Origin: an uncultured virus (IMG/VR IMGVR_UViG_3300008117_000029)
Lineage: Duplodnaviria; Heunggongvirae; Uroviricota; Caudoviricetes
DNA: 64,000 bases
Reading direction: 5' to 3' (one strand)
IMG/VR virus record: IMGVR_UViG_3300008117_000029
Location: 1-64,000 of that record
The position numbers and the translations under genes are program-made. The notes beneath the pieces are model-generated. The model searched no databases and was not told the DNA's origin. It saw nothing but the letters and a program-made list of their open reading frames with translations. Below are positions 38,062 through 47,986 of the stretch, piece after piece. Positions within the stretch are counted from its first letter, which is position 1, and every line of letters begins with the position of its first letter.

Positions 38062-39727
38062 TATAACACTTGTAACAGGAATTTGGGACATCGGAAGAGG
38101 TGATTTAAGTGAAGGTTGGTCAAGACCTTTTCAACATTATTTGGATAAATTTGAAAAACTATTGGATGTCAATACCAATATGATTATCTATGGTGATAAA
38201 AGTTTAGAGGAATTTGTTTTTTCAAAAAGGGATAAGTCAAATACACAATTTATTGTAAGAGACATGTCTTGGTTCAGGAATAATGAATTTTTTGATAAAA
38301 TCCAAAACATAAGAAATAACCCTGAGTGGTATAATCAAGTTGGTTGGTTAAAAGATTCAACTCAATCGAGATTGGAAAACTATAACCCGTTGGTTATGTC
38401 AAAAGTTTATCTTTTGAATGATGCAAAAATAATGGATAGGTTTGATTCAGAATATCTGTTTTGGATTGACGGTGGGTTGACAAATACTGTGCATCCTGGT
38501 TACTTTACACACGACAAGGTTTTGGATAAATTAGTAAAATATATCTCCAAATTCAGTTTCGTTTGTTTTCCTTATGAAGCTAATACAGAAGTCCACGGGT
38601 TCAATTTCGATAAGATGAACTCTATGGCAGGTGCTAAAGTTGAGAGGGTTGCTAGAGGTGGGTTCTTCGGTGGACCAAAACACTCAATATCAGAAATCAA
38701 TTCAATATATTATTCTCTGATGAAAGAAACCTTGGATTCGGGATATATGGGAACTGAAGAATCTTTATTCAGCATAATGTGTTATAGACACTCCGAGTTA
38801 ATAAATTATTTTGAAATAGAATCAAATGGTTTGTTAGGTAAATTTTTTGAGGATTTGAAGAACGATGATTTGAAAGTAAAAACAGAATCAGTTCATAGAC
38901 AAGTTTCAAATTTGGATATTAACAAAGTTGGTCTATATGTTATAACTTTCAATAGTCCAAACCAATTCAAAACGTTGATTAATTCAATGTTAATGTATGA
39001 TAAAGAATTCATACTTAAAACAAAAAAATTCTTACTTGATAACTCAAGTGATTTGTCAACAACAGAAGAGTATAAACAACTTTGTGATGAATATAATTTT
39101 GAACATATCAAAAAAGATAACTTGGGTATTTGTGGAGGAAGGCAGTGGATTGCAGAACATTTTGAAGAAACAGATTTGGATTATTATTTGTTTTTTGAAG
39201 ATGACATGTTTTTTTATCCGAATGAAGGTTCGAAATGTAAAAACGGTTTTTCAAGATACGAACCAAATCTATTTTCAATCTCGATGCAAATAATGCAAAA
39301 GGAAAACTTTGATTTCTTAAAATTGAATTATTCTGAATTCTACGGAGATAACGGGACTCAATGGTCTTGGTATAATGTTCCTCAAGATGTTAGGTCAAAG
39401 TATTGGCCCTTAAATCCAAGATTACCACAAATAGGATTGGACCCGAATGCGCCAAAGACAGAGTTCAAAAAAGTTCTTTCACACAGAAAAGTTCCATATG
39501 CGACAGGCGACATATATTATTGTAACTGGCCTCAAATTATTTCAAGACCAGGTAACAAAAAAATGTTTTTGGATGTTACTTGGGCACATCCATTTGAACA
39601 AACGTGGATGAGTCATATGTATCAACTGACAAAAGAAGAAAAATTAAATCCTGGTTTACTTCTAATGACACCAACTGAACACGACCGTTTCGAACATTAC
39701 AACAGAGAGTTACGTAAAGAGTCCTAA
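38054..39727 (+). CDS. HtrL/WlaTC-like glycosyltransferase fused to a C-terminal GT-A domain
   Basis: TLVTGIWDIGR, FWIDGG, RGGFFGG and GTEES, then a second domain with FFEDDM. Confidence 0.75.
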   Translation: MSNITLVTGIWDIGRGDLSEGWSRPFQHYLDKFEKLLDVNTNMIIYGDKSLEEFVFSKRDKSNTQFIVRDMSWFRNNEFFDKIQNIRNNPEWYNQVGWLKDSTQSRLENYNPLVMSKVYLLNDAKIMDRFDSEYLFWIDGGLTNTVHPGYFTHDKVLDKLVKYISKFSFVCFPYEANTEVHGFNFDKMNSMAGAKVERVARGGFFGGPKHSISEINSIYYSLMKETLDSGYMGTEESLFSIMCYRHSELINYFEIESNGLLGKFFEDLKNDDLKVKTESVHRQVSNLDINKVGLYVITFNSPNQFKTLINSMLMYDKEFILKTKKFLLDNSSDLSTTEEYKQLCDEYNFEHIKKDNLGICGGRQWIAEHFEETDLDYYLFFEDDMFFYPNEGSKCKNGFSRYEPNLFSISMQIMQKENFDFLKLNYSEFYGDNGTQWSWYNVPQDVRSKYWPLNPRLPQIGLDPNAPKTEFKKVLSHRKVPYATGDIYYCNWPQIISRPGNKKMFLDVTWAHPFEQTWMSHMYQLTKEEKLNPGLLLMTPTEHDRFEHYNRELRKES

Positions 39728-39743
39728 CAATATATTTATTGTT

Positions 39744-40121
39744 ATGGAATTTTATATCAAACAAAATGCTACGTTACCAGTTTTGAAAATGCAAGTCGTA
39801 AAAGACGGTAGAGCGGGGTATATTCAGTTTATGGAAGCGTTGGAGGTTTCCACAATATATTTCACTATGATAGATTATGAGACTGGGATTCCAAAAATAG
39901 TTTCAGCCCCATGTGAAATAGTTAATCTCATTTTGGACCCTGGTGCTCCTGCAGAATACTACATTTATTTCAAATTTACTTCGAGAGATACTGATACGCC
40001 AGGAAGATACGAAGGACAATTCTTAATCAAAAATGATGAAGGAAATTTAATTCTTCCAATCAGAGAACAACTTTATATTAATATTCAACCAAGTTTCATT
40101 TCCGAAACTGCGTGTTGTTGA
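39744..40121 (+). CDS. BppU N-terminal-like virion adaptor protein
   Basis: FYIKQNATLP...DTDTPGRYEGQF, with TATTTAT 4 nt upstream. Confidence 0.6.
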   Translation: MEFYIKQNATLPVLKMQVVKDGRAGYIQFMEALEVSTIYFTMIDYETGIPKIVSAPCEIVNLILDPGAPAEYYIYFKFTSRDTDTPGRYEGQFLIKNDEGNLILPIREQLYINIQPSFISETACC

Positions 40122-40207
40122 TTTGATTAAGACTTAATTTTTTTTATATTTATTATTGAATGAGTAAGGTGAATTTCACGATAGTGTGAAAGCCAATAAA
40201 CCACTCG
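40122..40207 (+). promoter_or_regulatory. Promoter and structured leader of the DNA polymerase gene
   Basis: TTTG-N19-TATATTTA followed by a nested stem-loop at 40161-40207. Confidence 0.5.
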
Positions 40208-40217
40208 TCTTAATCAT

Positions 40218-42950
40218 ATGTTCAGTCACGAAGCAATTGAGTCTTTCCTATTAGGAAACGACCCCGAAGAATTTATTGTAGCAATAGAATTTGACTACGT
40301 CTCCAATTCAATTTTCAAGGTAAAAGAAATACCTGGTAAAGGTAAGGAAATACGTAAAGACACTTTTATCCCATTCGCATGGGTCGGTGATTTACGTGGT
40401 GTAAATTTCTACAACGATTCCAAAATGGCTCAAAAAGAAGCCATGACAAAATATGGAATTGTAATACAAAAATTAGATACAAAGGATAATGAAAGATTAG
40501 AAAACGGTTTGACCTATATGGTAAAATCGCTCAAGGGATACAGAGAACTGATTCAGTTTTTTAGAGATGGTGGATGCGACCCATGGGGAGAAAAAACGAA
40601 AGATAAAATATTAATCCTTCCACCTGTAGAACAATATTTGGTCTCTAAAGAAAAAAGATTATTCAAGGGGTTTACTGATTATGATGATGTGACACGTCTT
40701 GTATTTGACTTGGAAACAAATGCGTTAGACCCCAAAGATGGTAGAATATTCATGATAGGAATTAAGACCAATAAAGGATATCATAGAGTAATTGAATGTT
40801 TGGATGAATCACAAGAGAAGGGTGCTATACAGGAGTTCTTCAATGTGATTGACCAACTCAAACCATCAATCATAGGTGGATATAATTCGGCAAACTTCGA
40901 CTGGCACTGGATATTCGAAAGAGGTCAAAGACTTGGTTTAGATATGAGGAAGGCGATTAAATCCTTACATCCCCAACACTCATACACAAGAAAAGATACG
41001 ATTCTCAAATTAGCAAATGAAGTCGAAGATTTTCTTCAAACATCAATTTGGGGATATAATGTAATCGATATAATTCATGCTGTTCGAAGAGCTCAAGCCA
41101 TCAATTCAAATATCAAGGCGGCTGGTTTGAAGTATATCACAAAGTTTATTAATAAAGAGGCTCCTGACCGTGTTTATATCGAACACACGGACATTGGAAA
41201 ATTTTATGCCGCTAAGGAAGAATATTGGTTAAATATTAAAAACGGTAATTACAAGAAGGTTGGTTTGGACCCAAAGATTGATGAGGTATGTGAAAAAAGA
41301 AATGACATTTATATCAAAACTACTGGTGACAATCTTGTTGAGAGATATCTTGATGATGACTTGGAAGAAACCTTGGCTGTGGATAAAGAATTTAACCAAG
41401 CGTCATTTCTACTTGCATCTATGATTCCTACGACTTACGAAAGAGTATCAACCATGGGAACTGCGACTCTTTGGAAAATGCTGATGCTTGCTTGGTCATA
41501 CAAACACGGACTGGCAATCCCTGCCAAACAATCGAAGACAGACTTCGTAGGAGGTCTTTCTCGACTACTTAAGGTTGGTTATAGTAAGAATGTATTAAAG
41601 CTCGACTTCTCCTCTCTATACCCCTCTATTCAGCTTGTGCATGATGTATTTCCTGATTGTGATGTGACAGGTGCGATGAAAGGAATGTTGAAGTATTTCC
41701 GTGACACACGTATTCGTTACAAACAACTTGCGGAAGAGTTTGAAAAGTCTGACCCACAAAAGTCCGCATCATATTCAAACAAACAATTGCCCATCAAAAT
41801 ATTCATCAACTCCATGTTTGGTGCTTTGTCTGCTCCACAAGTTTTTGCTTGGGGTGACATGTATATGGGGGAACAGATTACTTGCACAGGTAGACAATAT
41901 CTGAGACAAATGATTAAATTTTTTATGTCTAAGGGTTATGTCCCACTTGTAATGGATACAGACGGTGTAAACTTCTCCAGTCCCGATGATGTGGAAAGTC
42001 ATCACTATGTTGGTCGTGGGTTGAATTGGAAGGTAAAGGCGGGAAAAGTTTATAAAGGTCCTGAAGCGGACGTTGCAGAATACAATGACATATTCATGAG
42101 GGGTGAGATGGCTCTCGATACTGATGGTGTGTGGCCTTCATGTATTAATCTTGCCAGAAAAAATTATGCGGTCATGGACGCCAAAGGAAAGATTAAATTG
42201 ACTGGCAATTCCATCAAATCAAAAAAACTTCCATTGTATATCGAGGAGTTTTTGGATAAAGGTATCAAATTACTTTTGGAGGGTAAGGGTAAAGACTTCG
42301 TGGAATATTATTATGAGTATCTTCAAAAAATATTCAACCAACAAATTCCCCTTTCAAAGATTGCACAAAGAGCGAAAGTTAAGTTAACACTCGAGGATTA
42401 TAAAAAAAGATTAACCCAAAAGACTAAAGCAGGGAATACAATGTCCCGTATGGCACACATGGAACTTGCACTTCAAACGGGGATAGGTGTAAACTTGGGA
42501 GATGTTATTATGTATGTTAATAATGGTGTCAAAGCCTCTCATGGTGATGTCCAAAAAAAGGGAGACAGTGTTCAGATTAATTGTTACATGTTGGATGCAA
42601 ACATATTAGAAAATAACCCCAATCTGACAGGTGAATATAATGTTCCAAGAGCAATTGTAACTTTCAACAAAAGAATTGAACCTTTACTTGTTGTTTATAA
42701 ACAAGACGTTCGTGACCAACTACTTGTTACGAATCCTGAAGAAAGGGGAATTTTTACGGGAGAACAATGTGAACTAATCAACGGTATGCCATTCGAAGAT
42801 GGAGACCAAGATAAACTTCAAGAAGATGTTTTAGATATAACATCGGATGAACTATCTTATTGGGAAAAACGTGGACTTGACCCTAATTACATGTATGAAT
42901 TAGCCGAAGAAAATTGGGAAACTAAATTAGGATTGCTTAAGACCGTCTGA
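40218..42950 (+). CDS. polB: Family B DNA polymerase
   Basis: Exonuclease motifs FDLET and GYNSANFD. Polymerase motifs DFSSLYPS, KIFINSMFG and MDTDGV. Confidence 0.97.
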   Translation: MFSHEAIESFLLGNDPEEFIVAIEFDYVSNSIFKVKEIPGKGKEIRKDTFIPFAWVGDLRGVNFYNDSKMAQKEAMTKYGIVIQKLDTKDNERLENGLTYMVKSLKGYRELIQFFRDGGCDPWGEKTKDKILILPPVEQYLVSKEKRLFKGFTDYDDVTRLVFDLETNALDPKDGRIFMIGIKTNKGYHRVIECLDESQEKGAIQEFFNVIDQLKPSIIGGYNSANFDWHWIFERGQRLGLDMRKAIKSLHPQHSYTRKDTILKLANEVEDFLQTSIWGYNVIDIIHAVRRAQAINSNIKAAGLKYITKFINKEAPDRVYIEHTDIGKFYAAKEEYWLNIKNGNYKKVGLDPKIDEVCEKRNDIYIKTTGDNLVERYLDDDLEETLAVDKEFNQASFLLASMIPTTYERVSTMGTATLWKMLMLAWSYKHGLAIPAKQSKTDFVGGLSRLLKVGYSKNVLKLDFSSLYPSIQLVHDVFPDCDVTGAMKGMLKYFRDTRIRYKQLAEEFEKSDPQKSASYSNKQLPIKIFINSMFGALSAPQVFAWGDMYMGEQITCTGRQYLRQMIKFFMSKGYVPLVMDTDGVNFSSPDDVESHHYVGRGLNWKVKAGKVYKGPEADVAEYNDIFMRGEMALDTDGVWPSCINLARKNYAVMDAKGKIKLTGNSIKSKKLPLYIEEFLDKGIKLLLEGKGKDFVEYYYEYLQKIFNQQIPLSKIAQRAKVKLTLEDYKKRLTQKTKAGNTMSRMAHMELALQTGIGVNLGDVIMYVNNGVKASHGDVQKKGDSVQINCYMLDANILENNPNLTGEYNVPRAIVTFNKRIEPLLVVYKQDVRDQLLVTNPEERGIFTGEQCELINGMPFEDGDQDKLQEDVLDITSDELSYWEKRGLDPNYMYELAEENWETKLGLLKTV

Positions 42951-43262
42951 AGAAAGAATATACCAATTACCTCCAACGTATTGGAATTCTACACAGGCAA
43001 ACTTATCTAATACAATTTCGTCCCATTCCTCGTCAATTTTTCCGACATCGGGTCTTACTGTTACCATAGTCATAGCTTTGACTACAACATGGTCTGTTGT
43101 TTTTGAATCTAAGACTAAAAATGATTGTGGGATTCCTCTAACAATTATACAAAATTCACCGTTGGTTCTATAATCCAATTCGGATACAACTGAAAGTTCA
43201 GATGTATTGATTGCATGACCATTAATAATTCTTTTGGATGGGATTGATTTTACTATTGCCAT
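42927..43262 (-). CDS. Hypothetical beta-rich protein, probably virion-associated
   Basis: 111 aa, directly downstream of the neck gene. Confidence 0.7.
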   Translation of the reverse strand: MAIVKSIPSKRIINGHAINTSELSVVSELDYRTNGEFCIIVRGIPQSFLVLDSKTTDHVVVKAMTMVTVRPDVGKIDEEWDEIVLDKFACVEFQYVGGNWYILSSDGLKQS

Positions 43263-43263
43263 A

Positions 43264-44391
43264 TTAGATTACGTAGATTTGACGAGGCATTGCTCTGAAT
43301 TTCATTTGTTTATTTAAATTTTCAGCAATTTGTGCTTCTCTTTCCATAACCTTTTCAGGTCTTAGTCTTGTAAGCCATCCTTCAGCGCCCGTCAATTCTT
43401 CCATCAGTTTAGATTTTTCATCCTTGGCTTCAGTTAAAAGACTGGTGTAATCCATTGTAATTTCAGAATCAGGTGTCTTAAGATTCCCACTGTATTTACC
43501 TCTCACTCTTGCTAAGGTTTCTTTACAATATGCTGTAAACCATCTTCTTATCCATTGTTGTCCAGGAACATTGATATCTTCCCAACTCAAGGATTCAAGA
43601 GGAACGTCAGTCGGTAGTTTGATAATGTCAGGATTGTTTTTAAGACAATCAGCTCTACTGTCTGGTGTTACATCATAATACCAATACCAAACCGCTTTAC
43701 CAGCATACATGTTGAAATTAGCCCAGTTAAATTTACCACCAGGGGTATTCATCAAGTGTATCAACTTTTTACCATCAGGTAATGCGGTAATCCTATATGT
43801 CATAGAACCACCGAGAATTCTATTCAAGATATTTGCTTCTTGCATTCTGATGAGGTAATCAAAACCAGACATCATAAAATAAGAACCTTGGTATCCCATC
43901 TGAGCGTATCCTGCTTCATTGGCACCCAAACCTATACCACCGAATCCAAATCCACCAAGACCTCCAAGTCCGAATGCTGTCCAAGCCTGATTACTAAACC
44001 AAAGAAGTTCATTGACTTCTCTGTTGGCTGGTATTTCGTATGTCTGAACATTCTTTTCAATTATGAAATAATCTTTCTTCAAGACCCATGGTCCTACGGT
44101 CTGAAGTCCAACAATCTTAGAATACGAATATGCAAATTGTTGTTCGAAGTCCATTGTCCTTGTAACCAAAGCTCTGGCAACAGACTTTTCATTCATATTG
44201 AGGTTTACTAAGTTAACCCATTGTGAATCGATTAGCCATTGTAGAATATATTCTTCATAATCACCAATAGATAATTCCATTAGCGAGTCCATCATTTCGT
44301 CTTCTAATTCTACACTTCTTAAGGGTGCTCCCAACAAGTGTTTGACTCTTGTATAAATTTTACTTCTTTCTGGTTCTGGTAGTGCTGCCAT
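43264..44391 (-). CDS. Neck protein, T4 gp13-like
   Basis: LLGAPLRSVELEDEM and ARVRGKYSG resemble gp13. TATTTAT 5 nt upstream. Confidence 0.8.
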   Translation of the reverse strand: MAALPEPERSKIYTRVKHLLGAPLRSVELEDEMMDSLMELSIGDYEEYILQWLIDSQWVNLVNLNMNEKSVARALVTRTMDFEQQFAYSYSKIVGLQTVGPWVLKKDYFIIEKNVQTYEIPANREVNELLWFSNQAWTAFGLGGLGGFGFGGIGLGANEAGYAQMGYQGSYFMMSGFDYLIRMQEANILNRILGGSMTYRITALPDGKKLIHLMNTPGGKFNWANFNMYAGKAVWYWYYDVTPDSRADCLKNNPDIIKLPTDVPLESLSWEDINVPGQQWIRRWFTAYCKETLARVRGKYSGNLKTPDSEITMDYTSLLTEAKDEKSKLMEELTGAEGWLTRLRPEKVMEREAQIAENLNKQMKFRAMPRQIYVI

Positions 44392-44409
44392 ATCAAATAA
44401 ATATCTTTA

Positions 44410-45948
44410 TTATTCTATTTCGTGTAGTAGTGAACTAACGTTGAAGACATATTGGTTTTTATCACTTATAGGGTCGTTTTTGAATATAAGTATCTTATTT
44501 GTTTTAGGATTAATAAAAATATACCAATCGACTTCGTAATGCTTAACATTTCCTGTATCCAAAAGTTTAACTCTGTCCTCGATTATTGAAACATTAGAGA
44601 ATGGTTTAACCTGTGCAGAAAACTTTTTTCCATCTAAAATCACATTTACATCAATACCTTTGAAGGCGTCTTGTTTTCCACCATGTGAACCAATCTTTTC
44701 AATTTTAGCATTACCATCAAAATAGTCTTCTATTTTTTTAATTGCGTTGTCTTCAGACTTTTGACCCCTATCCCAAAGTTTTTTAAGGACTTTGATTATA
44801 TTGATAAAGTCTTCGTTATTCTCTGTAAAGATTTCGTTTCTGAAGTGGTCCAATGCTGAAATAAATCTAGTTGTTTCCTTTAGAGTTCTTTTTTCTTTTT
44901 TTGAAAAATCAAACTTCTTTTCTGACCTTCCAATTAATTCAATCTGTTTGTTTACTGCTTTTACCAATAAACAAAATGTATTGAAATTTGTATTAAGGTT
45001 ATTGAGTATAGACCTACCCTCGGGTGATTCTACACCATAAAATCCTGACATCTCTTCAGTATTACCCTCAACCCAAAAATGTGAAAATACTTTTTTTAGA
45101 ACGTAGGATACTCCCTCCTGATATCTTTTTTTGATTGCGTAATTATTAATCAAGTCTCTATAGAACAATACTTCTTTTGGATTACAGAATTGTGGTTCTT
45201 TTGATTCAGTAATTATTCCTTGAAATTTGTTCGACTCTAGTAGTTTTGTTTCAACTTTCATTTCATAAAGTTTCTGAACAAAATCCCAATTGACCACCTT
45301 CCAAAAATTTGAAATGTATTCGTCTCTCTTATTTCTGTATTTCAAATAGTAGGCGTGTTCCCAAAGGTCCAAACCTAATAGAGGGAAACCTCCACCTTCG
45401 ATAACATTCATAAGTGGATTGTCTTGATTTGGTGTCGACATTATTTTCAAAGTATTTTTTGAGGTTAAAATTAACCATACCCAACCTGAGCCAAATCTAT
45501 CCTTTGCAACAGTTTCAAATTTCTTTTTGAATAGATTGAAACTACCGTATTCTTTGGTAATTTTTTTATACAATTCCCCTGTTAATTTTTTTGGTGTTGG
45601 AGACAACATATTCCAAAAAAGTGCGTGATTGAATGCTCCTCCAGCGTTGTTCCTTACTACTTGGTCGTATCGACTAATGTTTTTGACAATTTTTTCTAAG
45701 TCTAAATCTCCATGTTTTTTCTTTGACAGGGCGGCATTTAATTTATCTACATATCCCTTATAGTGTTTGTTGTAGTGGAAATTCATCGTTTCTGCGTCGA
45801 TGAATCCTTTGAGGGCTGAATAAGAATAGGGTAGTTTTTCTATTCCAATTTTTTTCATTTCTGTAATCAACAATTGTTTTTCTGTTTCGATATGGTTTTC
45901 GGTAATTTGTTTTTCAATTTGTTGAATTCTTTCTTCTATTTTTTTCAT
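44410..45948 (-). CDS. sodA: Mn/Fe superoxide dismutase fused to a C-terminal PD-(D/E)XK-like domain
   Basis: LPYSYSAL, HYNKH, GGAFNHALFW, FGSGW, NQD and DLWEHAYY. The GG/NQD residues suggest Mn type. About 280 extra C-terminal residues. Confidence 0.9.
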   Translation of the reverse strand: MKKIEERIQQIEKQITENHIETEKQLLITEMKKIGIEKLPYSYSALKGFIDAETMNFHYNKHYKGYVDKLNAALSKKKHGDLDLEKIVKNISRYDQVVRNNAGGAFNHALFWNMLSPTPKKLTGELYKKITKEYGSFNLFKKKFETVAKDRFGSGWVWLILTSKNTLKIMSTPNQDNPLMNVIEGGGFPLLGLDLWEHAYYLKYRNKRDEYISNFWKVVNWDFVQKLYEMKVETKLLESNKFQGIITESKEPQFCNPKEVLFYRDLINNYAIKKRYQEGVSYVLKKVFSHFWVEGNTEEMSGFYGVESPEGRSILNNLNTNFNTFCLLVKAVNKQIELIGRSEKKFDFSKKEKRTLKETTRFISALDHFRNEIFTENNEDFINIIKVLKKLWDRGQKSEDNAIKKIEDYFDGNAKIEKIGSHGGKQDAFKGIDVNVILDGKKFSAQVKPFSNVSIIEDRVKLLDTGNVKHYEVDWYIFINPKTNKILIFKNDPISDKNQYVFNVSSLLHEIE

Positions 45949-46007
45949 ATTGGCGAGTTATTCGTTTTATATAAATAACTCAGAATTGTTTTAAGGTTTG
46001 ATTGACT

Positions 46008-46220
46008 TTAATTTATTTTAACATAAATGTCACTGTTGGTTGGTAGGGCTAATGTATTATGATGATATATAATTTTTCCGTTTTCTGAAAAACTTGTTAT
46101 GACAACCTCTTCATTTAGGTCAACGTTAGCTAGTAATTTTGAATGTAATTTGTCTGATATAATTTTAATTCTATCACCAACTCTCAATTCAACTCCTTGG
46201 TGATTAGTTACTTTCTCCAT
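46008..46220 (-). CDS. Small hypothetical protein (SH3/KOW-like)
   Basis: LRVGDRIKII motif, 70 aa. Confidence 0.6.
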   Translation of the reverse strand: MEKVTNHQGVELRVGDRIKIISDKLHSKLLANVDLNEEVVITSFSENGKIIYHHNTLALPTNSDIYVKIN

Positions 46221-46225
46221 CTATG

Positions 46226-47986
46226 TTAAGGGCGTAATTCGTTTATTCTTTTCAGAATTTCTTCGGCAGTGTCACCGATGTTTTGATTGTCACCCATAAC
46301 GGTCGCGATGACTTGCTTCTTATTATTAAGTATGTCATATATCGCGCCTTCGATTGTGTTTTCAAATATTGGATAATAGACTAACACATTATTTTTTTGT
46401 CCAAATCTGTATGCCCTATCTTCAGCCTGAGAGTGGTCCGATGGTAGGAATGATAAGTCGTTCATAATAACCGCTTCTGCGGAAGTCAAAGTAAGTCCAA
46501 CACCCGCAGCCTTTATGTTACCGACAAAAACTTTTATTTTATCATTTTCTTGAAATTGGTCAACACTAAATTGTCTATCTTGTTTTGTCATTGACCCATC
46601 AACTTTGACGGCAGTTTTTCCAAAATGTTGAACAATTTGATTTAGTGAATCTGTGAAGTTACAAAATATGATAACTTTTTTGTCCTGCTCTAATATGTTT
46701 TCGGCAAGTTCTATTGTTTGAGATATTTTCTCGTTGGCAATAACTTGTCTAACTTTTGTAAGTTTTGAAAATTGAACTGTTAACGATTTTGACTCGTCGG
46801 GGTTTTTATCATACCAATTATAATATTCCCCCATGAGTTCTTCATAGTCCTTTGATTTGAGTCTGAGATAAACAGGTGTGATAATTTTTTCAGGTAAATC
46901 CAAAACGTCTTCTTTCAATCTCCTTAGGATTGTATTCGAGGTTCTATCCCTTAGTTCATCTAAATTAGACGCACCCATTACGTTCCATACTTTCCTTGCT
47001 CCGACCTTGAATTGATATCCACTGCAATATCTTATGACGTAGGCCATCCAGTTCTTGGCAACAGGGGAATCTACGAGACTCAATAAATTATAATAATCAA
47101 TTGGTCTTGATGTCATCGGTGTTCCTGTTAATAACCAAAGTCTGTCAATTTTTTTTATGAAGTCGTTTATAAGTTTGGTTCTTTGTGCTTGAGCATTTTT
47201 GATATAGTGTGCTTCATCAATAACAACCAAATCAAAATTGGCTCTAAGAATTTGCGAATCATCTTTCTTTTTAGGGTCATGGAAGTTTTTTAGAATGTCG
47301 TAGTTTATGATTACAAAGTCGTGTTCTGTGCTAAAGTTTTTACCCTCCGCTATGTATATTGTCCTGTCAGAGTAATTTTCAATTTCACGCTTCCAGTTTA
47401 TCTTCAAAGTTGCGGGACATATGATTAAAACCTTTTTAGCCCCTGTTTCTAAGGCTGCAATTATAGTTGAGGTTGTTTTACCCAAACCCATATCATCGGC
47501 CAAAATATATTTTTTATTTTCAACCAGTTTCTGAATGGATTCTTTTTGATGGTTTAACGGGGGTCTGTTTGAATATTTTTCAAAATCGATGACAACGTCT
47601 TTAACGGTGTTGTCTTTTATTATAGAAGCCTTGGGTAACCAAAAATCATGTAGTTGTTCAGAGTCCCAAATCTTTCCCCAAATATGATAAGCTTTGTCCT
47701 TCTCCGCTAGAAGTTTTTCAACCCAGACTTTTTGTGGGATTTCAGTATACATCTTGTCGTCAGCTAATTTCTGTGCAAAATATGCGTCTAAAATTACCCA
47801 CTTTTTGGCAACTTTGGGTTGTTTGTCGTGGTTATTGATTATGTATTCTGATTGACTTCTTGTTGGGTAGAATTTTTTATTTACTTGGGATTTCCTTTGT
47901 AGTTCCAAGATATAATTGTTATACCCCTCATATTGTTCAAGAAGTGTTAGTGCTTTTGACTCGAGTGATATTTCTGATAAGCTCAT
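46226..47986 (-). CDS. SNF2-family helicase (SMARCAL1/HARP-like)
   Basis: LADDMGLGKT, DEAH, TGTP, GVGLTL and QAEDRAYRFGQ motifs. Confidence 0.93.
   Translation of the reverse strand: MSLSEISLESKALTLLEQYEGYNNYILELQRKSQVNKKFYPTRSQSEYIINNHDKQPKVAKKWVILDAYFAQKLADDKMYTEIPQKVWVEKLLAEKDKAYHIWGKIWDSEQLHDFWLPKASIIKDNTVKDVVIDFEKYSNRPPLNHQKESIQKLVENKKYILADDMGLGKTTSTIIAALETGAKKVLIICPATLKINWKREIENYSDRTIYIAEGKNFSTEHDFVIINYDILKNFHDPKKKDDSQILRANFDLVVIDEAHYIKNAQAQRTKLINDFIKKIDRLWLLTGTPMTSRPIDYYNLLSLVDSPVAKNWMAYVIRYCSGYQFKVGARKVWNVMGASNLDELRDRTSNTILRRLKEDVLDLPEKIITPVYLRLKSKDYEELMGEYYNWYDKNPDESKSLTVQFSKLTKVRQVIANEKISQTIELAENILEQDKKVIIFCNFTDSLNQIVQHFGKTAVKVDGSMTKQDRQFSVDQFQENDKIKVFVGNIKAAGVGLTLTSAEAVIMNDLSFLPSDHSQAEDRAYRFGQKNNVLVYYPIFENTIEGAIYDILNNKKQVIATVMGDNQNIGDTAEEILKRINELRP

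Noticed and set aside
40218..42950. Intein or intron in the DNA polymerase (also checked for the helicase)
   Set aside because: The ORF is continuous and of ordinary length, with no intein termini or homing endonuclease motifs.
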